Assembly (NCBI RefSeq): GCF_019464535.1 | Contig: NZ_CP080507.1 | Coordinates: 3,780,001-3,812,000, forward strand | Direction: 5' to 3' | DNA length: 32,000 nt | DNA from: Horticoccus luteus | GTDB lineage: Bacteria; Verrucomicrobiota; Verrucomicrobiia; Opitutales; Opitutaceae | Part shown: positions 17,831 through 26,461 of the stretch, in pieces | Layout of the letters: every line of letters starts with the position of its first letter | Position numbering within the stretch: position 1 is the stretch's first letter | Notes under the pieces: model-generated | What the model saw: only the letters and a program-made list of their open reading frames with translations | Told to the model about the DNA's origin: nothing | The model's database searches: none | Program-made: the position numbers and the translations under genes

Positions 17831-18367
17831 TCACGCCTGCTTCGCCCGCGCCTGGTTCTTCGCGACCCACGACTCATAGTCCGCGCGCGGCATGAATCGC
17901 AACGACGCCGAGTTCATGCAGTAGCGCTGCCCCGTCGGCGGCGGCCCGTCTTCAAACACGTGCCCCAGATGCGCGCCATCCACCGCGCAATGCACCTCCA
18001 CGCGCCGCATCCCATGGCTCTCGTCGATCGTCTCGGCGACGAATCGCGGCTCGATCGCCCGCGTGAAACTCGGCCATCCCGTGCCCGACTCGAACTTGTC
18101 GCGACTGTCGAACAACGGCGTGTCGCTGCAGACTGAAAAATAGACGCCGTCGGCGTGATGATCCCAGAATTCATTGCGAAACGGCGGCTCCGTCCCCTGC
18201 TGACGCGCCACGCGAAACTGCACCGGCGTGAGCCGCTGCCGCCACTCCTCGTCGCTGTGCCGCACCGGCGTCTTCGACATGTCGATCACCACGTGCGAAG
18301 GCAGCCCGCACGCCGATTTCTCCGCCGTCGTTCCACCCTGCGCCGTTTTGTTCTTATCCATGTTCAT
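17831..18367 (-). CDS. msrB: Peptide-methionine (R)-S-oxide reductase MsrB (zinc-less form)
   Basis: Motifs: [34 protein letters not shown] (catalytic Cys). Both CxxC zinc motifs are absent (SVCSD, HCAVD). ATG at 18367 gives a leader of about 30 aa; the internal Met at 18280 is an alternative start. Confidence 0.9.
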   Translation of the reverse strand: MNMDKNKTAQGGTTAEKSACGLPSHVVIDMSKTPVRHSDEEWRQRLTPVQFRVARQQGTEPPFRNEFWDHHADGVYFSVCSDTPLFDSRDKFESGTGWPSFTRAIEPRFVAETIDESHGMRRVEVHCAVDGAHLGHVFEDGPPPTGQRYCMNSASLRFMPRADYESWVAKNQARAKQA

Positions 18368-18464
18368 CCGTGAAATTCGTGGTTAACCCCTTTTCCGCAA
18401 CTCCGCCGCCCCGCTTCCCTCTCCTTTCCGCGACTCCCTTTGGCCCTCGCAATGTTTATCTCGC

Positions 18465-18498
18465 GCTTGGTCCTTGGGGCTCGGTGCTTGGTCCTTGG
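18465..18498. repeat. Two perfect 13-bp direct repeats (gcttggtccttgg) 21 bp apart, upstream of msrB
   Basis: Copies at 18465-18477 and 18486-18498. Each contains two CTTGG pentamers, giving four pentamers that start at 18466, 18473, 18487 and 18494. They lie in the 154-nt gap between the phosphoesterase stop and the msrB start. Confidence 0.6.
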
Positions 18499-18521
18499 CG
18501 CTTTAGCGGCAACGCCGCGCC

Positions 18522-18965
18522 TCACCCCGCCAACCGCACCAGCCGCCACTCCATCCGCCCGCCTTCGATCGTCAGCCACGCGAAACTCGCCGGCGCCCCG
18601 CGATTCGGCCGCGTGATGCAACCCGGATTCAACCACCGCACGCCCCCGATCATTTCGTCCCGCGGCACGTGCGTGTGACCGTGCAACACCGTCGTCACGC
18701 CCGTCGGCACCCGCGCCCGCACAGGCGGAATGTGAATCAAATAAAACGTCAGCCCTTCGCGTTCCAAGGTCAGCGCGAGCGGCCACGGATGCGCATCGCA
18801 ATTCCCCGCGACCACGCGCAGCGGCACCCGCAGTTGCTCGAACTCCACCAGCGTCGCCGGATCGCACACATCGCCGAGATGCCAGATCTCGTCCGCGCCG
18901 CGCAACCGCCCCGGCAACGTCGCCGGAAACAGATCGTGCGTGTCCGAAATCACCGCGATGCGCAT
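18522..18965 (-). CDS. YfcE/MJ0936-type metallophosphoesterase
   Basis: Start at ATG 18965 (MRIAVISDTHD), 2 nt after the xseA stop. Motifs: DTHD, HLGD, GNCD, GHTH. Confidence 0.85.
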   Translation of the reverse strand: MRIAVISDTHDLFPATLPGRLRGADEIWHLGDVCDPATLVEFEQLRVPLRVVAGNCDAHPWPLALTLEREGLTFYLIHIPPVRARVPTGVTTVLHGHTHVPRDEMIGGVRWLNPGCITRPNRGAPASFAWLTIEGGRMEWRLVRLAG

Positions 18966-18967
18966 CG

Positions 18968-20248
18968 TCACTCCTCCACGCGCACCCGCGCCGTGCCATC
19001 TGCGAATTCCGCGCCCAACCGCTGCCCTGCGCGCACCGCCGCGCGCCGCGTCACCGGCACCCCGTGTTCGTCGTGCAGAATGACAAACCCCCGGTTCAAC
19101 ACCGATTTCGGACTCGCCGCCTGCAACCGTTTCCACAGCGCGAGCAGCCGGTGCGATTCAAACTCCACCCGCCGCTCGGGCGCCACCCGCGCCAGCTCCG
19201 CGCGCGCATGCACGAGTGCATGGCGCCGCGTTTCCACGGTCGCCCGCAACGCCGCGCCCAGCCGGTTGCCGAGATCGTCGAGCCGCAGAAAGCCCTGCTC
19301 GACCCGCGCCGCCGGCGCCAGCAACCGCAACCGGCTCGCCGCATGCGCCACGCGCTCCTTCCCGCGCACGACCGCATCCTCGACGTGCGCCTCCATCGCC
19401 TCGCCCAGCCGCGCGACGCGCTCCGCACTCGCGACAAAGTGACTGCTGATCAACTCCGCCGCGCCGCTCGGCGTTTCCGCCCGCACATCCGCCGCGAAAT
19501 CGCACAACGTAAAATCAATCTCATGCCCCACCGCCGAGATGATCGGCACCGCACTCGCCGCGACCGCGCGCACCAAAGGCTCTTCATTGAACGCCCACAA
19601 ATCCTCCAGGCTCCCGCCGCCCCGCCCGATCACCAGCAGATCGAAAATCCCCCACGCGCCCGCCTGCTCCAGCATCGCCACCATCTCCGTCGCCGCCCCC
19701 GCGCCCTGCACCTTCGCCGGCAGCACGACCACACGCCCGCGCCAGCCCCGCCGCGTCAGAATCCGCAAAAAATCCTGCAACGCCGCGCCCGTGGGCGAGG
19801 TCACGATTCCGATCGTCCGCGGCATCGCCGGCAGCCGCCGCTTCTTTTCCCGCGCGAACAATCCCTCCGCCTCCAGTCGGCGCTTCAACGCCTCAAACTC
19901 CCGCTGCAACCGCCCCGCGCCATCGTCGATCACTGCGCGCACGATCAGCTGATACTGACCGCGCACCTCGTAAACGCTCACCTCGCCAAACACCAGCACC
20001 TGCAACCCATCGCGCGGCGTCACCTCCTGCCGCTGCGCATCGCCGCGAAACAACACGCAGGAAACCTGCGCCCCCGCATCTTTCAGCGAAAAATACACGT
20101 GGCCGCTCGCCTGCGCGCGCACATTCGACACCTCGCCCCGCACCCACCCGGGCCGCATCCCCGTTTCCAGCACCACCTTCAACCGGCGCGTGAATTCCGT
20201 CACGCTCTCCGCCCGGGACGCGGCGAGGTCTTCAGTGGGCGGGCGCAT
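18968..20248 (-). CDS. xseA: Exodeoxyribonuclease VII large subunit
   Basis: N-terminal OB-fold region SVTEFTRRLKVVLE...GEVSNV...SGHVYFSLKD, then GIVTSPTGAALQD, GRGGGSLEDLWAFN, ISAVGHEID and a long C-terminal coiled region. Confidence 0.92.
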   Translation of the reverse strand: MRPPTEDLAASRAESVTEFTRRLKVVLETGMRPGWVRGEVSNVRAQASGHVYFSLKDAGAQVSCVLFRGDAQRQEVTPRDGLQVLVFGEVSVYEVRGQYQLIVRAVIDDGAGRLQREFEALKRRLEAEGLFAREKKRRLPAMPRTIGIVTSPTGAALQDFLRILTRRGWRGRVVVLPAKVQGAGAATEMVAMLEQAGAWGIFDLLVIGRGGGSLEDLWAFNEEPLVRAVAASAVPIISAVGHEIDFTLCDFAADVRAETPSGAAELISSHFVASAERVARLGEAMEAHVEDAVVRGKERVAHAASRLRLLAPAARVEQGFLRLDDLGNRLGAALRATVETRRHALVHARAELARVAPERRVEFESHRLLALWKRLQAASPKSVLNRGFVILHDEHGVPVTRRAAVRAGQRLGAEFADGTARVRVEE

Positions 20249-20921
20249 TTTTCCGCTTCATCCGCTGCCGGATCAGTTGCACCGCCACCACCGCCACGAT
20301 CAACAACCCCAGGCCGCCCACCACCGACTTGAAATTCCCCGTGAAAATCCCCTGCCCCAAAACCACCGCGCCGATCAACCACGGCAGCAGGCACAACCAC
20401 GACACGATCATATAGAGCCCAAACGGCACGCCGCTCAACGCCAGCAACCAGCACTGCACGAAATACGGCGGCCCCGGCGTCAGCCGCACGATCAGCAGCA
20501 TCGTCAACGCATTCTCGCGCGACACCTGCGGCACCTCGTAGCCGAATTTTTTCACGAGGCTCGTCAGCCACGGCCGCAGCAACCGCTTCGCGACCCAGTA
20601 GGCAAACGCGATGTTCACCGCCGCCGCGAACATCGCGATCGCGATCACGCCCGGCAGCGTCAACTGCGCCGCAAACGCCTCGCCCGCCGGAATCGTAAAC
20701 GCCATCATCGGCGCCCCAAACGCCGGCAGAATCGCCATCGCCGCGAAAAACGCCACCGGACCCGCCGTGCGAATCGCCCCAAAAAACCGGTCGCTCGCCC
20801 GATGCACGTCCTGCAAGTCCACCCCGCGCAACAAAAACGCGGCCACCACCCCGAGCACCACGACGCCCACGATCAGCTTGATCAGCAGCGATTTTTTCTT
20901 GGCCGGCGGGACGGACGTCAT
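20232..20921 (-). CDS. TVP38/TMEM64 (DedA-related, SNARE-associated) family membrane protein
   Basis: Start at ATG 20921 (MTSVPPAKKKSLLIKLIVGVVVLGV); the listed 20957 start is a TTG. Multi-TM protein with LIVRLTPGPPY, typical of the family. The 3' end overlaps the xseA start by 17 nt. Confidence 0.78.
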   Translation of the reverse strand: MTSVPPAKKKSLLIKLIVGVVVLGVVAAFLLRGVDLQDVHRASDRFFGAIRTAGPVAFFAAMAILPAFGAPMMAFTIPAGEAFAAQLTLPGVIAIAMFAAAVNIAFAYWVAKRLLRPWLTSLVKKFGYEVPQVSRENALTMLLIVRLTPGPPYFVQCWLLALSGVPFGLYMIVSWLCLLPWLIGAVVLGQGIFTGNFKSVVGGLGLLIVAVVAVQLIRQRMKRKNAPAH

Positions 20922-21042
20922 CGCGCCACGATGTTGAGCTGCCTCGCCGACCGTCAACTCCGCACTGGCCGCCGCCGCCCTCGCGGGCGAGCGCTCGCAT
21001 CGGCGCGAGCCGCACCGCTTTCATCCGACGCCTCCGTTCAAC

Positions 21043-21462
21043 TCAATTCCACGCCAGCACGACCGCCCCCGCGACAATCAGCGCACCGCCCACCGCCGTT
21101 TTCACCGTCAACGCCTCGCCCAAAAACAATGCCGCAAACGCGATCACAAACACCACACTCAGCTTGTCCACCGGCGCCACCTTCGACGCCTCGCCCAATT
21201 GCAACGCCCGAAAGTAGCACAACCACGACAACCCGGTGGCGATCCCCGACAAGGCCAGAAACACCCACGTCTTGCGGGGCAGCGTCCACACCGCGTTCAC
21301 CGGCCCCGTCGCCAGCGCCACGCTCCACGCAAACACCAGCACCACCGTCGTGCGCACCGCCGTCGCCAGATTCGAGTTCACGCCGTCCACGCCCACTTTC
21401 GCCAGCACCGCCGTCGCCCCCGCGAACACCGCCGATAGCAACGCCCAGAACAGCCAGTTCAT
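21043..21462 (-). CDS. Small single-EamA-domain DMT transporter (about 5 TM, 139 aa)
   Basis: Start at ATG 21462 (MNWLFWALLSAVFAGATAVLAK). Five hydrophobic helices, with KVAPVDKLSVVF typical of short EamA proteins. Divergent from the first GT2 gene. Confidence 0.8.
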   Translation of the reverse strand: MNWLFWALLSAVFAGATAVLAKVGVDGVNSNLATAVRTTVVLVFAWSVALATGPVNAVWTLPRKTWVFLALSGIATGLSWLCYFRALQLGEASKVAPVDKLSVVFVIAFAALFLGEALTVKTAVGGALIVAGAVVLAWN

Positions 21463-21683
21463 CCCGCGAGCATCCCTCCGCGCCCCCGCGCCGTCAAGGA
21501 AGCCCACGTCTCCGGCCGCGCACCTCGCGCCGCCTGCGCGCCTGCTGAACCACGCGTACTGCGCCGCGCGATCCACCCCGCGCTGCGTTCCCCCGCCGCC
21601 TTTTCCGTCCTCCGACGTCCGCCCCCAGCCGCGAAAAAACTTCCGTCCCGCTCCCGCCCCCCGCTACGTTCCCCGCGCCTCGC

Positions 21684-22373
21684 ATGAAGCTCTCCATCGT
21701 CATCCCCTGCTACAACGAGTCGCGCACCATCCGCGCCTTGGTTGACCGCGTGCGCGCCGCCCCCGTCGAACACAAGGAGATCATCATCGTCGACGATTGC
21801 TCACGCGACGGCACGCGCGACATCCTGCGCACCCAGATCGCCCCGCTCGTCGACCGCATCATTTACCACGAGGTCAACCAAGGCAAAGGCGCCGCGCTCC
21901 GCACCGGTTTCGCGGCCGCCACCGGCGACGCCGTCATCATCCAGGACGCCGATCTCGAATACGATCCGCAGGAATATCCGAAGCTCCTCAAGCCGATCGC
22001 GGAGGGCAAAGCCGACGTCGTCTTCGGCTCGCGTTTCGCGGGCGGCGACGCGCACCGCGTCGTCTATTTCTGGCACATGTTGGGCAACAAATTCCTGACC
22101 CTCGTCTCGAATATGATGACCAACATCAACCTCACCGACATGGAGACCTGTTACAAAGTCTTCCGCCGCGAGGTGCTGCAAAAAATCACGATCGAGGAGG
22201 ACCGCTTCGGTTTTGAACCGGAGATCACCGCGAAAGTCTCGCGCTTGAACTGCGTCATCTACGAAGTCGGCATCTCCTACTACGGCCGCACCTACGCTGA
22301 AGGCAAAAAAATCGGCTGGCGCGACGGCTTCCGCGCCCTCTGGGCGATCGTGAAATACAACCTGTTCCGGTGA
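21684..22373 (+). CDS. Family 2 glycosyltransferase (soluble, DPM1/Ppm1-like catalytic domain)
   Basis: Motifs: [30 protein letters not shown], the DxD element [11 protein letters not shown], and FGSRF. No TM segment. Confidence 0.9.
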   Translation: MKLSIVIPCYNESRTIRALVDRVRAAPVEHKEIIIVDDCSRDGTRDILRTQIAPLVDRIIYHEVNQGKGAALRTGFAAATGDAVIIQDADLEYDPQEYPKLLKPIAEGKADVVFGSRFAGGDAHRVVYFWHMLGNKFLTLVSNMMTNINLTDMETCYKVFRREVLQKITIEEDRFGFEPEITAKVSRLNCVIYEVGISYYGRTYAEGKKIGWRDGFRALWAIVKYNLFR

Positions 22374-22455
22374 AGATGATCCAGGCTACCCTTGTTGCGC
22401 TGGATGGCCTTTGCCCGCAAAATGCCGCCCGCCCGAAACTAAAAACGTTCGTGCA

Positions 22456-22471
22456 GAAACCATCTGGTTTC
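22456..22471. promoter_or_regulatory. Perfect palindrome GAAACCA-TC-TGGTTTC 27 nt upstream of the methyltransferase ATG (candidate operator)
   Basis: Arms at 22456-22462 and 22465-22471 are exact reverse complements. It is the only strong dyad in the 124-nt islet leader. Confidence 0.3.
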
Positions 22472-22497
22472 CGCCTAGGTCGCCTCGGTATTCTCGC

Positions 22498-24117
22498 ATG
22501 ATCCATCTCCTGCCACCCCCCGACGCCGGTGTAGTTTACACCAAGCCTTGGATGGTCGCGCTCATTTTGGACTTGGCCGGCTACACCGCTGATCGCGACC
22601 TCGCCCACATGGTTTCCGTAGAGCCTTCCGCTGGGGATGGCGCATTTCTTGAAGAGATGGTTCGGCGCCTCGTTGCCTCATGCCGCCAGCGCGGCATCCC
22701 TCTAACCGAGACTGGCGAGGCTATTCGTGCATTTGAAATCTGCTCCGGTGCCGTGCATCGTGCTGTGGCATTGGTCACTCGAACGTTGATCGAGTTAAGG
22801 GTCCCCAATTCTCTGGCATCCAGCCTCGCCCGCTCGTGGATCAAGGAATCTGATTTCTTGGAAGCCTCGCTTGGTTTCCCGGTGGCTGACTTCGTCGTGG
22901 GCAATCCGCCGTACATCCGCCTTGAGGAAATCCCGCCCGCAAAGGCTGCTTTTTATCGGTCATTTACCGCGATGCGGGGCAGGGCAGATATCTACATCGC
23001 CTTCTACCAGGCCGCTCTGCAGCAACTGAAACCCGGGGGAGTCTGCGCGTTCATCTGCGCCGACCGCTGGATGTTAAACGACTACGGCAGAGGCCTGCGC
23101 GAGTTCATTACCACGCAGGGCTATAACGTTCGCATTGTCATCGAAGCACACAACGTTGCGGCGTTTGAAAGCGAAGTGTCGGCGTACCCCGCCGTGACGG
23201 TGATCGCGCGCGAGCCTCAACGTTCAGTCATTGTCGCCCGGGCCCTTCCGGGTATCGAAATTTCCGCACGCTCCGACTTGCTGGATCAAATTGAGAAAAC
23301 CCGTTCTACCCCGGTGCTCCGCGTGGCTCGTTTCGCCGACTGGTTTCACGAGGACGAACCCTGGCCCTGTTCTTCCCCGGAAGCTCTGCAAATGCTAAAG
23401 CACTTGGAAGCGACTTGTCTCCCTCTCGAAGATAGGACCACTGGCACCAAGATCGGCATTGGCGTAGCTACGGGCGCCGACGATGTGTTTATTACCAAAC
23501 GAAAACCAGACATTGAGCCGGACCGTTTGCTTCCGCTTGCTCTCGCCGCCGATCTCAAGCACGGCCGTGTGAAATGGTCCGGCCATTACTTGGTTAACCC
23601 TTGGAACGAACACGGCTTGGTAAACCTCGCCGACTATCCGCGTCTCACCGCCTACCTGCAACCGCACCAAGCTCTACTTAGTGGTCGCCATACGGCGAAA
23701 GAGCGTCCGCAGCAGTGGCACAAAACGATTGATCGGGTCACTCTCGCCAGGGCCACTCAGGAAAAACTATATATCGCGGACATTAAAGACCGCCTGCTCC
23801 CGGCGATCGACAGAGGGGAGACTTATCCGCAGCACAACCTTTACTGGATTACGTCGGATAAATGGGATCTGCGTGTACTCGGCGGCCTGCTCATGTCGGC
23901 GGTGGGCGAATTTTTTATTCATTGTTACGGCGTACGAATGAGGGGCGGTTTTTTGCGCTTCCAGGCCCAATACCTGCGTCGGATTCGGGTGCCCAATCCG
24001 GACCACTTGAGTGTCGAACTGAAACGGGACCTTCGCGACGCCTTTGAGCGGCAAGATGTCTCCCTTGCCACGAACGCCGCGTTCAAAGCCTACGGCATCT
24101 CGGCCCTCCCCGGCTAA
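22498..24117 (+). CDS. Gamma-class N6-adenine DNA methyltransferase (TaqI/Eco57I-like catalytic domain plus C-terminal target-recognition domain)
   Basis: Start at ATG 22498; the listed 22411 start is a TTG. The N-terminus [18 protein letters not shown] parallels the TaqI-type N-terminus. SAM motif [10 protein letters not shown], catalytic motif [11 protein letters not shown], and a long C-terminal TRD. Confidence 0.88.
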   Translation: MIHLLPPPDAGVVYTKPWMVALILDLAGYTADRDLAHMVSVEPSAGDGAFLEEMVRRLVASCRQRGIPLTETGEAIRAFEICSGAVHRAVALVTRTLIELRVPNSLASSLARSWIKESDFLEASLGFPVADFVVGNPPYIRLEEIPPAKAAFYRSFTAMRGRADIYIAFYQAALQQLKPGGVCAFICADRWMLNDYGRGLREFITTQGYNVRIVIEAHNVAAFESEVSAYPAVTVIAREPQRSVIVARALPGIEISARSDLLDQIEKTRSTPVLRVARFADWFHEDEPWPCSSPEALQMLKHLEATCLPLEDRTTGTKIGIGVATGADDVFITKRKPDIEPDRLLPLALAADLKHGRVKWSGHYLVNPWNEHGLVNLADYPRLTAYLQPHQALLSGRHTAKERPQQWHKTIDRVTLARATQEKLYIADIKDRLLPAIDRGETYPQHNLYWITSDKWDLRVLGGLLMSAVGEFFIHCYGVRMRGGFLRFQAQYLRRIRVPNPDHLSVELKRDLRDAFERQDVSLATNAAFKAYGISALPG

Positions 24118-24136
24118 TTCCGAAACAATTAATCCC

Positions 24137-24871
24137 ATGCCTCTCAATCTGGCGAACTACCAAAAGAAGGCGGCTGAATCAGTGAAGGCCTTTTGGGGCA
24201 ACCGTGATGCGTCGCGTAAAAAGCAGGCCGAGGTCGGTAAGGCCGACGCCGGCAATCGTGGCGCCGTCACCGGGGGAAGAAACATGGACGGCTTCGTTGC
24301 GCTGATGATTGACCTGATCGAAGCTAACGATCTCAAGGACGCGACGGTGATTCGAGGAGGCCGTATTCCGCTCACGTTGCCGGGCTATTTTCGCCCAACC
24401 AAGATGTGGGACATGCTGGTGCTGCGGAAAAATCACCTTGTGGCAGCGATCGAACTGAAGTCCCAAGTCGGGGCGTTTGGAAAGAACTTCAACAACCGCA
24501 CCGAAGAAGCGATCGGCACCGCGCAAGATTTGTGGACGGCATTTCGCGAAGGCTCTTTCGGCGACGCAGCTCGCCCCTTCGTCGGTTGGTTGATGCTCGT
24601 GGAAGATGCGCCGGCCTCCCGTCGCCCAATCCGGGATCGCAGCGAGCACTTCCCGGTGCGACCGGAGTTTCAAGGCGCGTCCTACCTCGAACGCTACAAC
24701 GTGCTCTGCAAAAAGCTTGTTCAAGAACAGCTCTACACCACAACTGCGGTGCTCGCATCGCCTCAAACAGCGGTCAAAACGGGGAAGTTTTCCGACGTAA
24801 GTGACATGACCAGCCTTAAGGCATTTGTCACCAGCTTTGCGGGCCACATTGCATCAGAGGCGGCGAGATGA
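24137..24871 (+). CDS. Type II restriction endonuclease, XhoI/PaeR7I-like (PD-ExK)
   Basis: Start at ATG 24137, 19 nt after the MTase stop; 244 aa. [15 protein letters not shown]...[22 protein letters not shown] gives a D...ExK nuclease core. It matches my recollection of the XhoI/PaeR7I endonuclease family. Not verified by search. Confidence 0.72.
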   Translation: MPLNLANYQKKAAESVKAFWGNRDASRKKQAEVGKADAGNRGAVTGGRNMDGFVALMIDLIEANDLKDATVIRGGRIPLTLPGYFRPTKMWDMLVLRKNHLVAAIELKSQVGAFGKNFNNRTEEAIGTAQDLWTAFREGSFGDAARPFVGWLMLVEDAPASRRPIRDRSEHFPVRPEFQGASYLERYNVLCKKLVQEQLYTTTAVLASPQTAVKTGKFSDVSDMTSLKAFVTSFAGHIASEAAR

Positions 24872-24872
24872 C

Positions 24873-24996
24873 ACCTGTTTGGCCCTCGCAGTCCTCCGCA
24901 AGCGCTATGCGCTGGCGGACCTGTTGAAGCGGGTAACGCCGTAAAATCGGCATGAGGCGGTGGGACCAGGCGGCGCGATCGGACAGGACGTTGGCG
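24873..24996 (+). pseudogene. Remnant of a MazE (AbrB/SpoVT-type) antitoxin gene: C-terminal part only, interrupted by TAA
   Basis: The frame starting at 24873 reads TCLALAVLRKRYALADLLKRVTP-stop(24942-24944)-NRHEAVGPGGAIGQDVGDE. This resembles the usual antitoxin tail (..RY.L.ELL..VTPEN.H.E.DWG..G.EVW). There is no room for the N-terminal DNA-binding domain, because stops at 24798 and 24807 lie in this frame inside the REase gene. The frame that ends in the ATGA overlap with mazF is a different one. Confidence 0.4.
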
Positions 24997-25338
24997 ATGA
25001 GTTACGTTTCTCGCCGCGGCGACGTCGTCTGGCTCAGTTTCGATCCGCAGGCCGATCATGATCACGCAGGCCGCAGACCGGTGTTCGTTCTCTCTCCTGA
25101 AAGCAATAATCGCAAAACCGGCCTCTTCCTGGCGTGCCCCGTAACCTCCAAAATCAAGGGCTACCCCTTCGAGGTGTCATTACCCGCCGACCTGGCCGTA
25201 GGTGGTGCCGTGCCAGCCGATCAAATCAAAAGCCTGGATTGGAAAGCTCGTCAGGCGGAATTTGCCGCGGAAAGTTCCGCCGCGGTCGTGGAGGACGTGT
25301 TCGCCCTCGTCTTGCCGCTGATCGGCGAAGAAGACTGA
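24997..25338 (+). CDS. mazF: MazF/PemK-family endoribonuclease toxin
   Basis: 113 aa from ATG 24997. YVSRRGDVVWLSFDPQADHDHAGRRPVFVLSP..NNRKTGLFLACPVTSKIKGYPFEV...ADQIKSLDWKAR aligns along its whole length with E. coli MazF as I remember it. That includes the G.RP..VLS and P.T..KGYPFEV regions. Confidence 0.88.
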   Translation: MSYVSRRGDVVWLSFDPQADHDHAGRRPVFVLSPESNNRKTGLFLACPVTSKIKGYPFEVSLPADLAVGGAVPADQIKSLDWKARQAEFAAESSAAVVEDVFALVLPLIGEED

Positions 25339-25486
25339 GTCTCTCCCGCGCAGCGCTCAGCGCCCGCAATCTTCGCCACGTTGCACCCCGCTCTGGCGAT
25401 TTCTCACGCTTTTTACTCCCGCCGCGCGCTTCGCACTCGCCCTCGCGCCTCGCGTTCCCACGCTTCTCGCCGGTGTCCGCTTCATC

Positions 25487-26461
25487 ATGACCGCCGTCGG
25501 TTCCACCCCGCTTCTCGCCGTCGTCATTCCGGTTTTTAACGAACAGGCCGTTCTGCCCGAACTGTTCGCCCGGCTGACGGCGGTTTTCGACGCCGCGCCT
25601 GACTGCACCTGGCAGGCCCTGCTCGTCGACGACGGCAGCCGCGACACCTCGACTGCCCTCATCGGTGCCCAGGCCGCGCGCGATCCGCGCTTCGCTCTGC
25701 TCGAACTCTCCCGCAACTTCGGCTTCCAAGCCGCCCTTTCCGCCGGCCTCGCCCACGCCCAAACCCTCGCTGTCGACGCCGCCATCACCATGGACGCCGA
25801 TCTTCAGGATCCGCCGGAAATCATCCCGCAACTCGTGGGGGCGTGGCGCGATGGCGCCGACGTCGTGCGCGCCGTCCGCCGCACCCGCGCGGAACGCGGC
25901 CTTCGCGGTGTGGGCTTCGCGGTTTTCCACCGCCTCTACGGCCGCCTCACCGACTACCCGATCGAGCCCAACAGCGGCACCTTTGGGCTCCTCGGGCGTG
26001 ATGCGTTGGACGCCTTTAATCAACTCCCCGAGCGCCGCCGTTTCTTCCCTGGCTTGCGCGCCTGGATCGGCTTCCGCACCGCGGCCGTCCTCTACGACCG
26101 CCAGGCGCGCGCCGCTGGCGAACCGCAGCAAACGTTTTTCCGCCTCGTGCGCTACGCTCTCGACGGGCTGCTGAGCTTTTCCTACCTGCCGCTTCGCCTG
26201 CTCACCTTCGCCGGCCTCGGCGTCAGCTTTCTCGGCTTCGCCCTCGGTTTGTATTTCATCGTGAAACGCCTGCTCGGTATCGAGACCGCGAGCACCGGTT
26301 TCACCACACTTGTCACGCTCGTGCTCTTCCTCGGCGGCGTGCAATTGATCGGCATCGGCGTGCTCGGCGAATACCTCGGCCGCATTTACGACGAGGTGAA
26401 ACAACGCCCGCGCTACTTCCTGAAAAACCGCCGCGGCTCCCCGCGCGCCGACGACCGGTGA
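25487..26461 (+). CDS. Family 2 glycosyltransferase with two C-terminal TM helices (ArnC/GtrB/DPM-synthase-like polyprenyl-phosphate glycosyltransferase)
   Basis: Motifs: VVIPVFNE, LLVDDGSRD, SRNFGFQAAL, the DxD element MDADLQDPPE, and two C-terminal helices followed by GEYLGRIYDEVKQRPRY. Confidence 0.9.
   Translation: MTAVGSTPLLAVVIPVFNEQAVLPELFARLTAVFDAAPDCTWQALLVDDGSRDTSTALIGAQAARDPRFALLELSRNFGFQAALSAGLAHAQTLAVDAAITMDADLQDPPEIIPQLVGAWRDGADVVRAVRRTRAERGLRGVGFAVFHRLYGRLTDYPIEPNSGTFGLLGRDALDAFNQLPERRRFFPGLRAWIGFRTAAVLYDRQARAAGEPQQTFFRLVRYALDGLLSFSYLPLRLLTFAGLGVSFLGFALGLYFIVKRLLGIETASTGFTTLVTLVLFLGGVQLIGIGVLGEYLGRIYDEVKQRPRYFLKNRRGSPRADDR

Larger units (their letters stand above)
22374..25486. 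other. Lower-GC accessory islet (R-M cassette plus solo mazF) inserted between two GT2 genes
   Basis: Hand counts give 34/60 G+C at 22741-22800 inside the islet versus 45/60 at 21301-21360 outside. There are more A/T-ending codons. The three genes share a strand and are functionally unrelated to the flanking genes. Confidence 0.6.

Noticed and set aside
22413-22420. The 8-mer gcccgcaa is shared by the left (22413-22420) and right (25362-25369) edges of the islet, as possible target-site duplication
   Set aside because: It is too short and GC-rich to be distinguished from chance in this genome, and no adjacent inverted repeats or recombinase gene are present.
22411-22497. TTG start extending the methyltransferase by 29 codons
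   Set aside because: The extension (PAKCRPPETKNVRAE...) is not MTase-like and would bury the palindrome in coding sequence. ATG 22498 gives an N-terminus that aligns with TaqI-type enzymes.
24179-24847. 222-aa minus-strand ORF inside the islet
   Set aside because: It is antisense to the endonuclease gene and has no recognisable motifs. The plus frame has the PD-ExK core and operon-like spacing.
24952-24996. ATG at 24952 as an alternative mazF start (adds MRRWDQAARSDRTLA)
   Set aside because: MazF homologs begin at the M..YVP/S.GD motif, which corresponds to ATG 24997. The upstream stretch is better explained as decayed mazE sequence.
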